Assembly: GCA_030825115.1 (NCBI GenBank)
Contig: JAPJQL010000005.1
Location: forward strand, 2,068-66,067
Length of the DNA stretch: 64,000 bases
From: Lachnospiraceae bacterium
GTDB lineage: Bacteria; Bacillota; Clostridia; Lachnospirales; Lachnospiraceae
Direction of reading: 5' to 3'
Each line of letters starts with the position of its first letter. The stretch's first letter is position 1. The notes beneath the pieces are model-generated. The model ran no database searches and was not told the DNA's origin. It saw nothing but the letters and a program-made list of their open reading frames with translations. Positions 37,201-45,549 of this stretch are shown here, piece after piece. A program made the translations under genes and the position numbers.

Positions 37201-37497
37201 GTTATGCCCGGTCGTCTCTCGATAGGGCTCGAGAAATAGAGCCTGCTCAGCTCGGCAGCTATCACCGTTCCTCTCTGGCCTCCTCGGCCGCGTGGCTATT
37301 GTTTGCGAGTTGCACGGGACTGGCTGCGGCGCCTGCTGCCTTCTTGTCTCGTTTTAAGGTTTTCACATTAAAAACCAGCAAAACTTGTCAGCTATCACTC
37401 AGACCGGGCTTGATCTGTTCATTATGCGCACCCCTCTGAATTTTCACGGGCTTGGGACCGTCCTCGGCTTCATTAGTGCCCCGCATTGCTGCGGGTG

Positions 37498-37710
37498 TTA
37501 TCTTTCCCCCATGTCTTTGTATATGAGGTCGGTTATGTATGAGTTTGTACTCTGGTAGCCTTTTGACTTGGCCCATGCTGCGATCCGGTCCTTGTCTCCG
37601 ATCGGCACCGTGATCGGGATCCGGTCCTTGTTTTCCCGCTGCCATGCGTTCTTGTACTTGGTGTGGGCTGCTGCCAGTTCCTCCGGTGTCTTTGTCGCTT
37701 TTCTTGCCAC
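37498..37710 (-). CDS. RHH/Arc-like DNA-binding protein
   Basis: DRIPITVPIGDKDRIAAWA...STNSYI. Confidence 0.7.
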   Translation of the reverse strand: MARKATKTPEELAAAHTKYKNAWQRENKDRIPITVPIGDKDRIAAWAKSKGYQSTNSYITDLIYKDMGER

Positions 37711-37764
37711 TGTATCGCCTCCTTCAGAGTAATTTTATCATATCATGCACACGACAACAACCCG

Positions 37765-37998
37765 CTACGCTGGCAATATGTCGATGTAGTACGTTTTACA
37801 GACGCCTTTGTCGCATGAGTCGCAGATCTTCCAGTTTTTACACCGGAGCAGCTCAGGAACTTGCCAGAGGTAGCCCTCGAATATATCGACGCGGATCTTG
37901 TGCCCGGCCGTCAGGTATATGCGGTCGTGGTCCGTTTTGGTGTTGAACTCCTTAAAAATTCGGTACTCTGTTTCTTTTGCTTTTTTGGTTCCTCTCAT
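37765..37998 (-). CDS. Hypothetical protein
   Basis: RBS AAGGAG. Confidence 0.6.
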   Translation of the reverse strand: MRGTKKAKETEYRIFKEFNTKTDHDRIYLTAGHKIRVDIFEGYLWQVPELLRCKNWKICDSCDKGVCKTYYIDILPA

Positions 37999-38040
37999 TG
38001 GTTGGCTCCTTTCTGGGCGGCAATGCCGCCGCCCTTTGCA

Positions 38041-38625
38041 TTATTGGTAAAACGGTCTGAGGTTATCGTCTTGAAGTTCGTAGCTCATACACCCGCAGTC
38101 AAATCGTATATAGTTCCAGTCTGTTGCGTTGTATATAGGGGAGCGGTTGGTTTCCCCGATTTTTCTGAGTCGCCCGTGTCTGTTTACTTCGTAGATTGGA
38201 GTCGTCCGGTGTATAGTTATTTTTTCTTTAGCGAAGCCGTACCATTCGTAAAGCAGGCTTTTTGCTTCATCGTCGGTCAGTTCCTTTGTTCCGGCTGCCT
38301 TTGCGAGCTTATCATAATCGCATTGGCTCACATTTTCGGCGTCGTTGTATGGTTTCCATTCTTGTTCGCGTTCTAAATCTTTTTTTAATTTTTCGATTTC
38401 TTCTTGCGCGGCTTTGATTTTTTCAGAAGTCTCGCTGTCGGATTTCAGGCGCTCCAGATTAGCCTCGTGCTGGATCTTTTCAGCTATAAACCCTTCGTTT
38501 TTCTTGTACGCCTCGCAAAATTCGTCTTTGTCTCCATCGAAATTCATGTAAAATTTTTCTATTGTCTTGTATTCTTCCGTTGTCGGAAAATAGCCGGTTC
38601 TTTTTTCAAATTCTTTTATTTCCAT
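38041..38625 (-). CDS. Hypothetical accessory phage protein
   Basis: 194 aa with own promoter and RBS; AT-rich. Confidence 0.75.
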   Translation of the reverse strand: MEIKEFEKRTGYFPTTEEYKTIEKFYMNFDGDKDEFCEAYKKNEGFIAEKIQHEANLERLKSDSETSEKIKAAQEEIEKLKKDLEREQEWKPYNDAENVSQCDYDKLAKAAGTKELTDDEAKSLLYEWYGFAKEKITIHRTTPIYEVNRHGRLRKIGETNRSPIYNATDWNYIRFDCGCMSYELQDDNLRPFYQ

Positions 38626-38859
38626 GAGCTGCCTCCTTGTTTTCTGCGGTTTTCCTTGTTTCTGATATTATAATACTATATCGTGCACAAGATAACAATA
38701 CACACACTCACCAAACCTCTGCCGGAGCTTTTGTCTATCTTGCACAAGATATTAAAATAATAGAGAGCAGCGTCTAAAATGCCCCAGAACGCAAAAAAGG
38801 CGCCCACTCGATAAAATTACCGGGTGAGCGTCTTTGTGTCAATTCTGGCCGCCTGTGGC

Positions 38860-39402
38860 TTATTCTGTGGCCGTTTCCGTGGCTTTGGCAGCCTTTACCT
38901 CAGCAGTAGCCTGAGCGACTGCCGTCTGGGCTACCGTAGCAGCTACCGAGGCGGCAGCGGTGGCAGCAGTAGTGGCGATCTGTGTCTGCTTTTCCTCAGT
39001 GGCAGCAGGCGCCGTTCTCTTATCCTCCCTGACGAGGGTTTCGATCGTAGAGGCGAGCCACTTGTCAAAATCTCCGTAAGCCTCAGCGATCACTCGCTTG
39101 GCTTCGTCGGTGATAAGAGCAGTAGCGGTGTCTTTTGCTTTCTGTAATGCCGTGAGCTGGGCCTCTTTGTCGAACTTGCCCTGCGCCTTTAATGTGTCGA
39201 CATAGGTCTGGAAGGTTGTCTGTACGGCTTTCGTTACGGCGTCGCTTGCGAGATCCACATACTTGCGGACAGTTGCGTCGTTAATGTTTGCCGTGATTTC
39301 CTGCGTCTTTTTTCTCAGCCATGCAACCGCGAAGCCTGAGAGAGCCAGCAGCAGAGGCAAAATAACCATTGACATGAGTGTGTTGAGAGTTTCCTGATCC
39401 AT
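38860..39402 (-). CDS. Holin-like protein (LL-H type)
   Basis: Single N-terminal TM; QTYVDTLKAQGKF; follows endolysin. Confidence 0.7.
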   Translation of the reverse strand: MDQETLNTLMSMVILPLLLALSGFAVAWLRKKTQEITANINDATVRKYVDLASDAVTKAVQTTFQTYVDTLKAQGKFDKEAQLTALQKAKDTATALITDEAKRVIAEAYGDFDKWLASTIETLVREDKRTAPAATEEKQTQIATTAATAAASVAATVAQTAVAQATAEVKAAKATETATE

Positions 39403-39415
39403 TCCGTTGCCCTCC

Positions 39416-40366
39416 TTATGCTAATTCAAGATCGGAGATTTTCACCCAGCTTGTGATCTCTTTCAAGAGGGCGCGATCTCCGTCGATTTTCTGTACCGTG
39501 TATTTTCTGGACTTCACCCAGCTCGGGATCGTCTGGCCGGTTGCGTACTTTGTGGCCGAGCTCTTTACCTTGACTGTTTTGCCCTCCGCAATAGAGCCAG
39601 AGGCGGCAGCAGTAGAGGCTCCCGCAATGTCTGAGGCATTTACCCAGCCGTAAACGGTCGATCCCGATCCATTGACTGCAATCAGGTGGTAAGGGTGCTT
39701 TGTACCCTCTGCGGTGTCTGTTACCTTTGCTTTTCCAGCCTTGCAGGAAGGACCGCTGGTAGCGTTCGCACTTGCGTAGTGCTTGGATCCGGTAAAGTTT
39801 ACAATATCGCCCTTTGAGTATTTCAGACCTCCACCGTTGCCAGATCCAGATCCGGCGTTGGTTGCCTTGCTGCTGTACTTAGGCACTCCGTAGCCTCTAA
39901 TATAGCGGCCGTTTACAGCAATTTCGCGATAGCTTACTGAGTCGCTCTTGTTTCCTTCGATAATCTTGATCGTGTTGCCTGATACGCTCACTACAATGCC
40001 GACATGCTCAGGCCAGCCGGTATCGTCGCCGACTCCGTTGTCGTCCCAGTCGTAAAAAATAACGTCGCCGGCGCTCGGTCTGTATGCGTCATTTTCTACC
40101 CATGCGCCGAGCTTCTGGAAAAGCTGGATCATCTGGCCGCAGCCGCACTCGGTCGGGATAATGTCAGTAAGTCCCGTTTTAATAGCCATAGCTGAGACAA
40201 AAGTCGCGCACCATGAGTCCGTATATTTTACGGCGTAGTTTCTGGCGAGGGGCTTGTGGCTATTGTAAAGATCAATAATTTTCTTGTGGCTGCCGTTGCT
40301 TTCCTTGCAGCCCAGATAGGAAACGGCTGCATTGACGTAGCTCTGTCTTAATTCTTTTTCTGTCAT
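39416..40366 (-). CDS. Endolysin: CHAP domain plus SH3b-like domains
   Basis: WCATFVS...HVGIV...IEGN. Confidence 0.9.
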   Translation of the reverse strand: MTEKELRQSYVNAAVSYLGCKESNGSHKKIIDLYNSHKPLARNYAVKYTDSWCATFVSAMAIKTGLTDIIPTECGCGQMIQLFQKLGAWVENDAYRPSAGDVIFYDWDDNGVGDDTGWPEHVGIVVSVSGNTIKIIEGNKSDSVSYREIAVNGRYIRGYGVPKYSSKATNAGSGSGNGGGLKYSKGDIVNFTGSKHYASANATSGPSCKAGKAKVTDTAEGTKHPYHLIAVNGSGSTVYGWVNASDIAGASTAAASGSIAEGKTVKVKSSATKYATGQTIPSWVKSRKYTVQKIDGDRALLKEITSWVKISDLELA

Positions 40367-40677
40367 TATGGTGTACCTCCTTCATAGTTAGAGCCCGGAT
40401 CATATTCTCCGGGCTCAGTGTTCTGCTTTTTAGATTGTTCTAACTCCTTTTGACGCCTGATAGTGTCGAGCTTGATCTCATTCTCAGCCTTAGCCTTCCA
40501 GAAATAAAAACCAGTAGCAGCAGAAAGCTCGGTAAATATTCCCGGTATGATGTAGGCGAGCGGCGAGGTGTCGCCGGTTCTCCACATGAGGGCAAAAGAA
40601 AAGACCACGATCACGACGGTGGCAGCAGCTACCGCTCGTAATATGGTCTTAGAAAATTCTTTTCTAGGTTTCCGCAT
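40366..40677 (-). CDS. Two-TM holin-like protein
   Basis: EFSK...two TM...FYFWKAKAEN. Confidence 0.65.
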   Translation of the reverse strand: MRKPRKEFSKTILRAVAAATVVIVVFSFALMWRTGDTSPLAYIIPGIFTELSAATGFYFWKAKAENEIKLDTIRRQKELEQSKKQNTEPGEYDPGSNYEGGTP

Positions 40678-41014
40678 TTGATCGCCTCCGATCCGTCTGT
40701 ATGTTGTGCTCACGTTCGAGGTGTTCGTCAATGCGGTTGTGCGCGCTTTTGGCTGACTCATGGGCTCGGCCGGCTGTGTTACTAATTCCGGCGAGCTGGT
40801 TGCTGATCTCGTCGATCCGGCCCTCCAGTCGTTGCACGTCTCTGTTGAGCTGGCCCTCAATACGGCCGACGCTTTCCTTGATGTAGCGCAGGTCCGTTTC
40901 CAGAGCTCCGGCGGCTTTCCCGTCTGCTTTGGTTACTGACTGGCGCCCAAAATAGAAAGTAGCGACAGAGAGACAGAGCCCGGCCACCGTGATGAAAATG
41001 CTCAGATCTGTCAT
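40664..41014 (-). CDS. Membrane-anchored coiled-coil lysis-module protein
   Basis: N-terminal TM; ESAKSAHNRID. Confidence 0.7.
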   Translation of the reverse strand: MTDLSIFITVAGLCLSVATFYFGRQSVTKADGKAAGALETDLRYIKESVGRIEGQLNRDVQRLEGRIDEISNQLAGISNTAGRAHESAKSAHNRIDEHLEREHNIQTDRRRSNAET

Positions 41015-41211
41015 AGGATCCCTCCTTCCTCAAAAATGCCGGCGGCCTTCAGGCGTCCGATCATGTTGCCGGTCGCTTCCTCCAGTTGCTCGGTTTTTTC
41101 GTTCTGAGCCACGGCCTCATATTGCTCGAGTCTGGAGTGCAGCTCGGCGTTAATCTGGGCCATGTTGGAAATTATTGCGTTTTGCAATTCAATAATTTCG
41201 AGGTTACTCAT
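41011..41211 (-). CDS. Hypothetical protein
   Basis: Coupled ORF. Confidence 0.6.
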   Translation of the reverse strand: MSNLEIIELQNAIISNMAQINAELHSRLEQYEAVAQNEKTEQLEEATGNMIGRLKAAGIFEEGGIL

Positions 41212-41425
41212 TGTCTACCACCTGCCCTTCGGTGGTCTCGAGCGTCTCAATCGCTGCCTGCAGGTCATTGATCTGCTGACGATATTCAGCTCGCTGGGTG
41301 CGTGTCGGCTCGTACTCCTCGTCTGTGAGGGCGCCGTCGGCATGTTTCAGAGCCTTATAATCTGTCGCAGCGAGTAACTGCTGTAAGCCTCTGATTTCTG
41401 CCTCCATTTCTTCTCTGGTTCTCAT
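41204..41425 (-). CDS. Small tail-associated protein
   Basis: LAATDYK...RAEYRQQINDL; ATGA overlap with the RT stop. Confidence 0.65.
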   Translation of the reverse strand: MRTREEMEAEIRGLQQLLAATDYKALKHADGALTDEEYEPTRTQRAEYRQQINDLQAAIETLETTEGQVVDNE

Positions 41426-42561
41426 GGTTGTGGTCCTCCTTTCCATTGATCTATAAACAGCCTATTAAATAGGCGGTCCATGCTTTGCACGGTTCTGTAT
41501 GCGTCCCGGTGCGACATGCTGCCACGCCATGAGGCGTAGGAGTGCCGAACCTCGTCGAAGGTCAGGACGCCAGAAGCTACGAGATCCGCCTGCTTTTTCA
41601 GCTTTCGGCGTTCTCTGGTGATACTGTCACGGCACGGCTTTTTGATGATCCGGCCGGTTTCTGTGATATAAAAATGAGTTTTCAAAAATGTAAACCCGTG
41701 TTTGAGGTCTACAATTTTTGTTTTCTTCTCATTGATAACTATGCCATATTCCGAGTATATCGCCCGGAGTTTTTCGAGACATTCCTCGAGGTATGCAATG
41801 CTATGGTGCAGCAGATAGGTGTCGTCCATATATCTGCCATAGCCACGGATCCTGAGCACTTCCTTCGCGTAATGGTCCGCGCGGTTTGGAAGCATTACGG
41901 CGTTAATCTGGCTCGTTTCACTTCCCAGCCCGAGGCCTTTATCGCCGAAGGCAGAAATAAAGCTCATTCCCAGAGCTATGACGCGTGGATCCGTGAAGAT
42001 CTGCCGGTATATCTCAAAAAGTGGCTCATGCGCCACATTCCCGAAGTAGTCCGAGAAGTCAATCAGAAGTATGCCACCTTCGCGTCCGTATTTCCTGAAA
42101 TGCCTCCGCAAGTGAGTCGTCAGTCTGTTGGTCGCGAACTGGGTGCCTTTTCCTTGCTGGCTCGCCCCGTTGTCATAAATCAGGGAGCGGGTGAAAGTGG
42201 GGTATATGATGTTGGTGCAAAATGATTTTTGCACAACTCTCTCGGAAAAATGCACGCTTTTGATGTGCCTCAGCTTGCCGCGTTCGCATATATCAAAACA
42301 GATAAAGCCGCGGCGTATATCTTTTCCAGCAAGCAGCTCGGCGCGTGTTTTGGATATATTAAAAAGCAGCAAAGAGTTGTACCTCTGGACGCTGGCTTTC
42401 CAGTCGACGCCCTTCGAGGCTTCCCTTGTTGCTTCATACAGAGAGTTCAGTGAGGCCACGCGCTCAAAATCATCATATTTCCCGATTGTTTCCTGCCTCT
42501 TTTTCAGCCTTGCGGCTTTTCGTCTCTGGTATCGTTGTTCTCGTCTTTCTTCGCTTGTCAC
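41422..42561 (-). CDS. DGR reverse transcriptase
   Basis: YMDD catalytic motif; LGSETSQ matches the DGR-type GxxxSQ; adjacent TR and avd. Confidence 0.96.
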   Translation of the reverse strand: MTSEERREQRYQRRKAARLKKRQETIGKYDDFERVASLNSLYEATREASKGVDWKASVQRYNSLLLFNISKTRAELLAGKDIRRGFICFDICERGKLRHIKSVHFSERVVQKSFCTNIIYPTFTRSLIYDNGASQQGKGTQFATNRLTTHLRRHFRKYGREGGILLIDFSDYFGNVAHEPLFEIYRQIFTDPRVIALGMSFISAFGDKGLGLGSETSQINAVMLPNRADHYAKEVLRIRGYGRYMDDTYLLHHSIAYLEECLEKLRAIYSEYGIVINEKKTKIVDLKHGFTFLKTHFYITETGRIIKKPCRDSITRERRKLKKQADLVASGVLTFDEVRHSYASWRGSMSHRDAYRTVQSMDRLFNRLFIDQWKGGPQP

Positions 42562-42791
42562 AATTTAACTCATTCCTTTGTTATTACCCAGCACGGCTGT
42601 CATGCGTTTAATTAGCCGCATAGTACAACGGGTATGAAACGCGGAGAACTCGCACAAACTCCGCGCCATGCAAGCAGCGTCCACCCGGTAGCGTCTGGGC
42701 TCTTATTTACGCCTTGACGGCGAGGGTTATTTGCTCCTTCCTTCCACTCTGGCACTGATTTCGATTTTTCTACTCTGTCTGGCATATAGGT

Positions 42792-42920
42792 GGAATCAGA
42801 CCGGGACGTAAAGCTCGTTGCTGGCGTTCCAGTTGTTGGAGTTCCCGTTGTTGTTGACGTTCACGCAATTAGTCGAGTTGCCACTCCTGACAGAAGCGGT
42901 CCACCAGTTGCAGCGGCCGC
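42792..42920 (-). ncRNA. DGR template repeat (TR)
   Basis: 129-bp copy of the VR, with 11 AAC codons in the target reading frame. Confidence 0.95.
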
Positions 42921-42951
42921 GTGACACTTTTCAGCAAATAACCCGAGTTTA

Positions 42952-43362
42952 TTATCTGGCTCTTATTTTGTCGTTTTTCCTCCAGCCTTTCAGGTCGTCG
43001 ATCTCTTGACTCAATAAGTTCGTGATTTCTTCGAGGCTTGCGGCCGTGGCCGAAGGCACGCACCTGATAAGGCGGGAGAGTTTTCTCTGTAATTGGTAGC
43101 CGTTCGCGATCGCCTTTTGGGCGTATGCCTTACGGCTTGCGAGATCCTGATCGTTCATGGCATAGATACTGTTCGCGGCGATTATGTTGTCGTTCAGCTC
43201 GTCAATTTTCTTGATAAGATCCTGACCGATCATAAAGCGCCACTTTTTAGGCACATACCTCTCATTCATAACATAGAGCGTTACAAGATCTTGGAGTTTC
43301 TCGGCGTTCGCAAGGACGTCGAACGGCGTCTTTTTACGGTTTCTGGTGTATACGTTACTCAT
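42952..43362 (-). CDS. avd: DGR accessory variability determinant (Avd-like)
   Basis: 136 aa basic helical protein (PKKWRF, AANS, GWRK) between target and TR. Confidence 0.88.
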   Translation of the reverse strand: MSNVYTRNRKKTPFDVLANAEKLQDLVTLYVMNERYVPKKWRFMIGQDLIKKIDELNDNIIAANSIYAMNDQDLASRKAYAQKAIANGYQLQRKLSRLIRCVPSATAASLEEITNLLSQEIDDLKGWRKNDKIRAR

Positions 43363-43379
43363 TCTATGCCTCCAGTTAC

Positions 43380-43400
43380 CCGGCTACACGAGGTAGCCGG
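43380..43400. other. Post-VR hairpin/cruciform
   Basis: CCGGCTAC-acgag-GTAGCCGG: 8-bp stem, 5-nt loop. Confidence 0.8.
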
Positions 43401-43421
43401 ATTTTGAAATTATGCCGCGGC

Positions 43422-44717
43422 TTACGCCTCGTCAATTCGGAAGCAGACCGGGACGTAAAGCTCGTTGCTGGCGGGCCAGGTGCTGGAGCTCCCGTCGGCG
43501 GGGACGGTCACGCAATGAGTCGAGTTGCCACTCCCGACAGAAGCGGCCCACCAGGGGCAGCGGCCGCCGCCGTTTCCGGCGCCCTTGATACGGTTCAAAA
43601 AGCTGTTTGCAAAAATCGGGTACTGTACGCCCTGTCCCTGACTCCAGCCTTTTGTCCCCCAGATAGTTGAGCCGAAAACTTCATACTCGAGAGGCACCCA
43701 GAGAGGACCGAGATCCTGCCAGCCCCAGCCCGTGCCGTCAGTGAGTGCGCCGCTTGCGCTGTATCTGTATTCCATGAGGGCGCGCTTGTTGCTGATTACA
43801 GCCTTGACCGCTGCCGGAAGGTAGCCGTAAAGGGTAGTAGTGAGGAATCTGTGCAGGTTGCTTATCATGTACGGTGAGTTATTTGCAGCGTTTCCGTTGT
43901 TATTATTGGCTTCATTCCATTTTACTGTCTGATTAAAACAGTCTTTACTAATAAAATCAATGTGGTGGCTGAGCTGCTGATCGGTGGTTCTGTAATATGT
44001 GTCGATACCAGCAACCTGCATTTTCACCGTCTGGCCGTTCATTGTGATCGGGATATAGTCGGCTACATGAATACCGGCAAAATTGTGGGCTTTGATCCTC
44101 GCCTTAATCCACGCCCATGCGTCTGAATACTTCGCAATCTCCAGCGCAAAGACAGTAGTCAGGTCTCTGCCGGCATAGAGGCGATCGTTGTCGGACATGG
44201 CTCTCGCAAGCTCCTCGTTTGTAGCTTCGAGATCCTCGGCCAGAGCGACGGCTCCGGTCTTGGTCTGGATTGTAACCTCCAGAGCATTGTCGACGGTCGC
44301 AAAGTATTCCTGCGTAATGGTTGAAGGTGTCAAACCGTTGTACGGTGGCAAATAGTCGGCCACGTTCGCGATCGCGATCGAGTAGAGGACCGGAGCAGCG
44401 GCCGGGTGTAATTCATCAACCGCATAAATGCCGATCTCGTTCACATAATAGCCAGCAGAAAGCTCAGCGTTTGAGACGAGCGCCGTCAATTTTACGCAGG
44501 TATTGGTCGCCATTTCAATTTTAGAGAATGGGATCTCTTGTTTCTGCGCTTTGAGAGTAGAGCGGGCCTGCAGGCTGGCTCTGGTTTTCTCCGAGTCTGA
44601 ATAGGTGCCGGATCCAGTCACCAGCTTGGTGAACTTGATCTTTGCGGTTCCGGCGGTTGTGGCTGCCAGCAAGGCGGCGCCACCGTTTGTCATTACTGCA
44701 TTGTTAAAATCTGCCAT
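43422..44717 (-). CDS. Tail fibre / receptor-binding protein, DGR target
   Basis: Tail-collar-type N-terminus after baseplate genes; C-terminal VR ending VPVCFRI. Confidence 0.92.
   Translation of the reverse strand: MADFNNAVMTNGGAALLAATTAGTAKIKFTKLVTGSGTYSDSEKTRASLQARSTLKAQKQEIPFSKIEMATNTCVKLTALVSNAELSAGYYVNEIGIYAVDELHPAAAPVLYSIAIANVADYLPPYNGLTPSTITQEYFATVDNALEVTIQTKTGAVALAEDLEATNEELARAMSDNDRLYAGRDLTTVFALEIAKYSDAWAWIKARIKAHNFAGIHVADYIPITMNGQTVKMQVAGIDTYYRTTDQQLSHHIDFISKDCFNQTVKWNEANNNNGNAANNSPYMISNLHRFLTTTLYGYLPAAVKAVISNKRALMEYRYSASGALTDGTGWGWQDLGPLWVPLEYEVFGSTIWGTKGWSQGQGVQYPIFANSFLNRIKGAGNGGGRCPWWAASVGSGNSTHCVTVPADGSSSTWPASNELYVPVCFRIDEA
43439..43567 (-). repeat. DGR variable repeat (VR)
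   Basis: 17 mismatches to TR, all at TR adenines. Confidence 0.95.
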
Positions 44718-44724
44718 AATGCAA

Positions 44725-45546
44725 TCATTCCTCCTTTATGATGTTTTTAATGTGGTTTGTATGTGCAACTCCGGCAGCCAGTGGAAGCTCCAGAGGTTGT
44801 ACGTCGTCAAAATGTTCTATTGCTCCCGCTTTGCTTTGGCTCTGACCTGCTGCCGTGCCGACATTCGACACAATGCCCGCAGAGTATTCCAACGCAAAGT
44901 AGTCCATAATGCTGTTGTGGCTGTGGTAGGATCCTCGGCCGGTTCCTCCGTGCTGGGTGATTTCTGCCTTGCGTGTTTCCTGAAAATGATCTAAAACTAC
45001 GCATTTACTGAATGAATGGTACGCGGTTCCTCCGTGGAGTGGCTGCTGGATCGTTCTGGTAACTTCGATCATTTCAACATGAGAGCGCGCATTTTTCACC
45101 TTGTCGATCATGTTCAAAAAATAAAGCATGCCGTCCTTCGTGAGCGTTGCGCTTGTCTGGATTTTGAACCAGTACGGCTGGCCGCCGTACTCGAACCACT
45201 CCGTAACTTTACCCATTCCGAAGGCTGAGGTGATAAGCTCCTCAACCGCCCATTTTGTGCCGCGCTTTTCATGGACTCGGTAGCATGTGCGTATTACTGA
45301 TCTTTTGGTCTCCAGAGAGAAAGAGGAGTCCCACCGGTCAATATTAAACTCCCACGCCATTTCATCGAGCTGCGCGTCGTTCATGTTGTCGATCTGGTCC
45401 CATTTCCGCAGAATTTTGGCTCTGTTCGCCGGTTCAGCGAGCAGAACGTCCATAGCGTGAGAGAGTGCCACGTCCGTTTCGTCCGCTTTCATAAATTTAG
45501 GGAGCAGCTTCGCCATGTTGGGGTTAAAAATGCTCATTCTTGCCAT
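44725..45546 (-). CDS. Tail protein I-like baseplate wedge protein
   Basis: LDEMAWE, KRGTKWAV, EWFEYGGQPYWF. Confidence 0.85.
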   Translation of the reverse strand: MARMSIFNPNMAKLLPKFMKADETDVALSHAMDVLLAEPANRAKILRKWDQIDNMNDAQLDEMAWEFNIDRWDSSFSLETKRSVIRTCYRVHEKRGTKWAVEELITSAFGMGKVTEWFEYGGQPYWFKIQTSATLTKDGMLYFLNMIDKVKNARSHVEMIEVTRTIQQPLHGGTAYHSFSKCVVLDHFQETRKAEITQHGGTGRGSYHSHNSIMDYFALEYSAGIVSNVGTAAGQSQSKAGAIEHFDDVQPLELPLAAGVAHTNHIKNIIKEE

Positions 45547-45549
45547 GTT

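Noticed and set aside
41422..42561. Group II intron, retron or Abi reverse transcriptase
   Set aside because: Short RT with GxxxSQ, adjacent avd and an adenine-specific TR/VR pair identify a DGR
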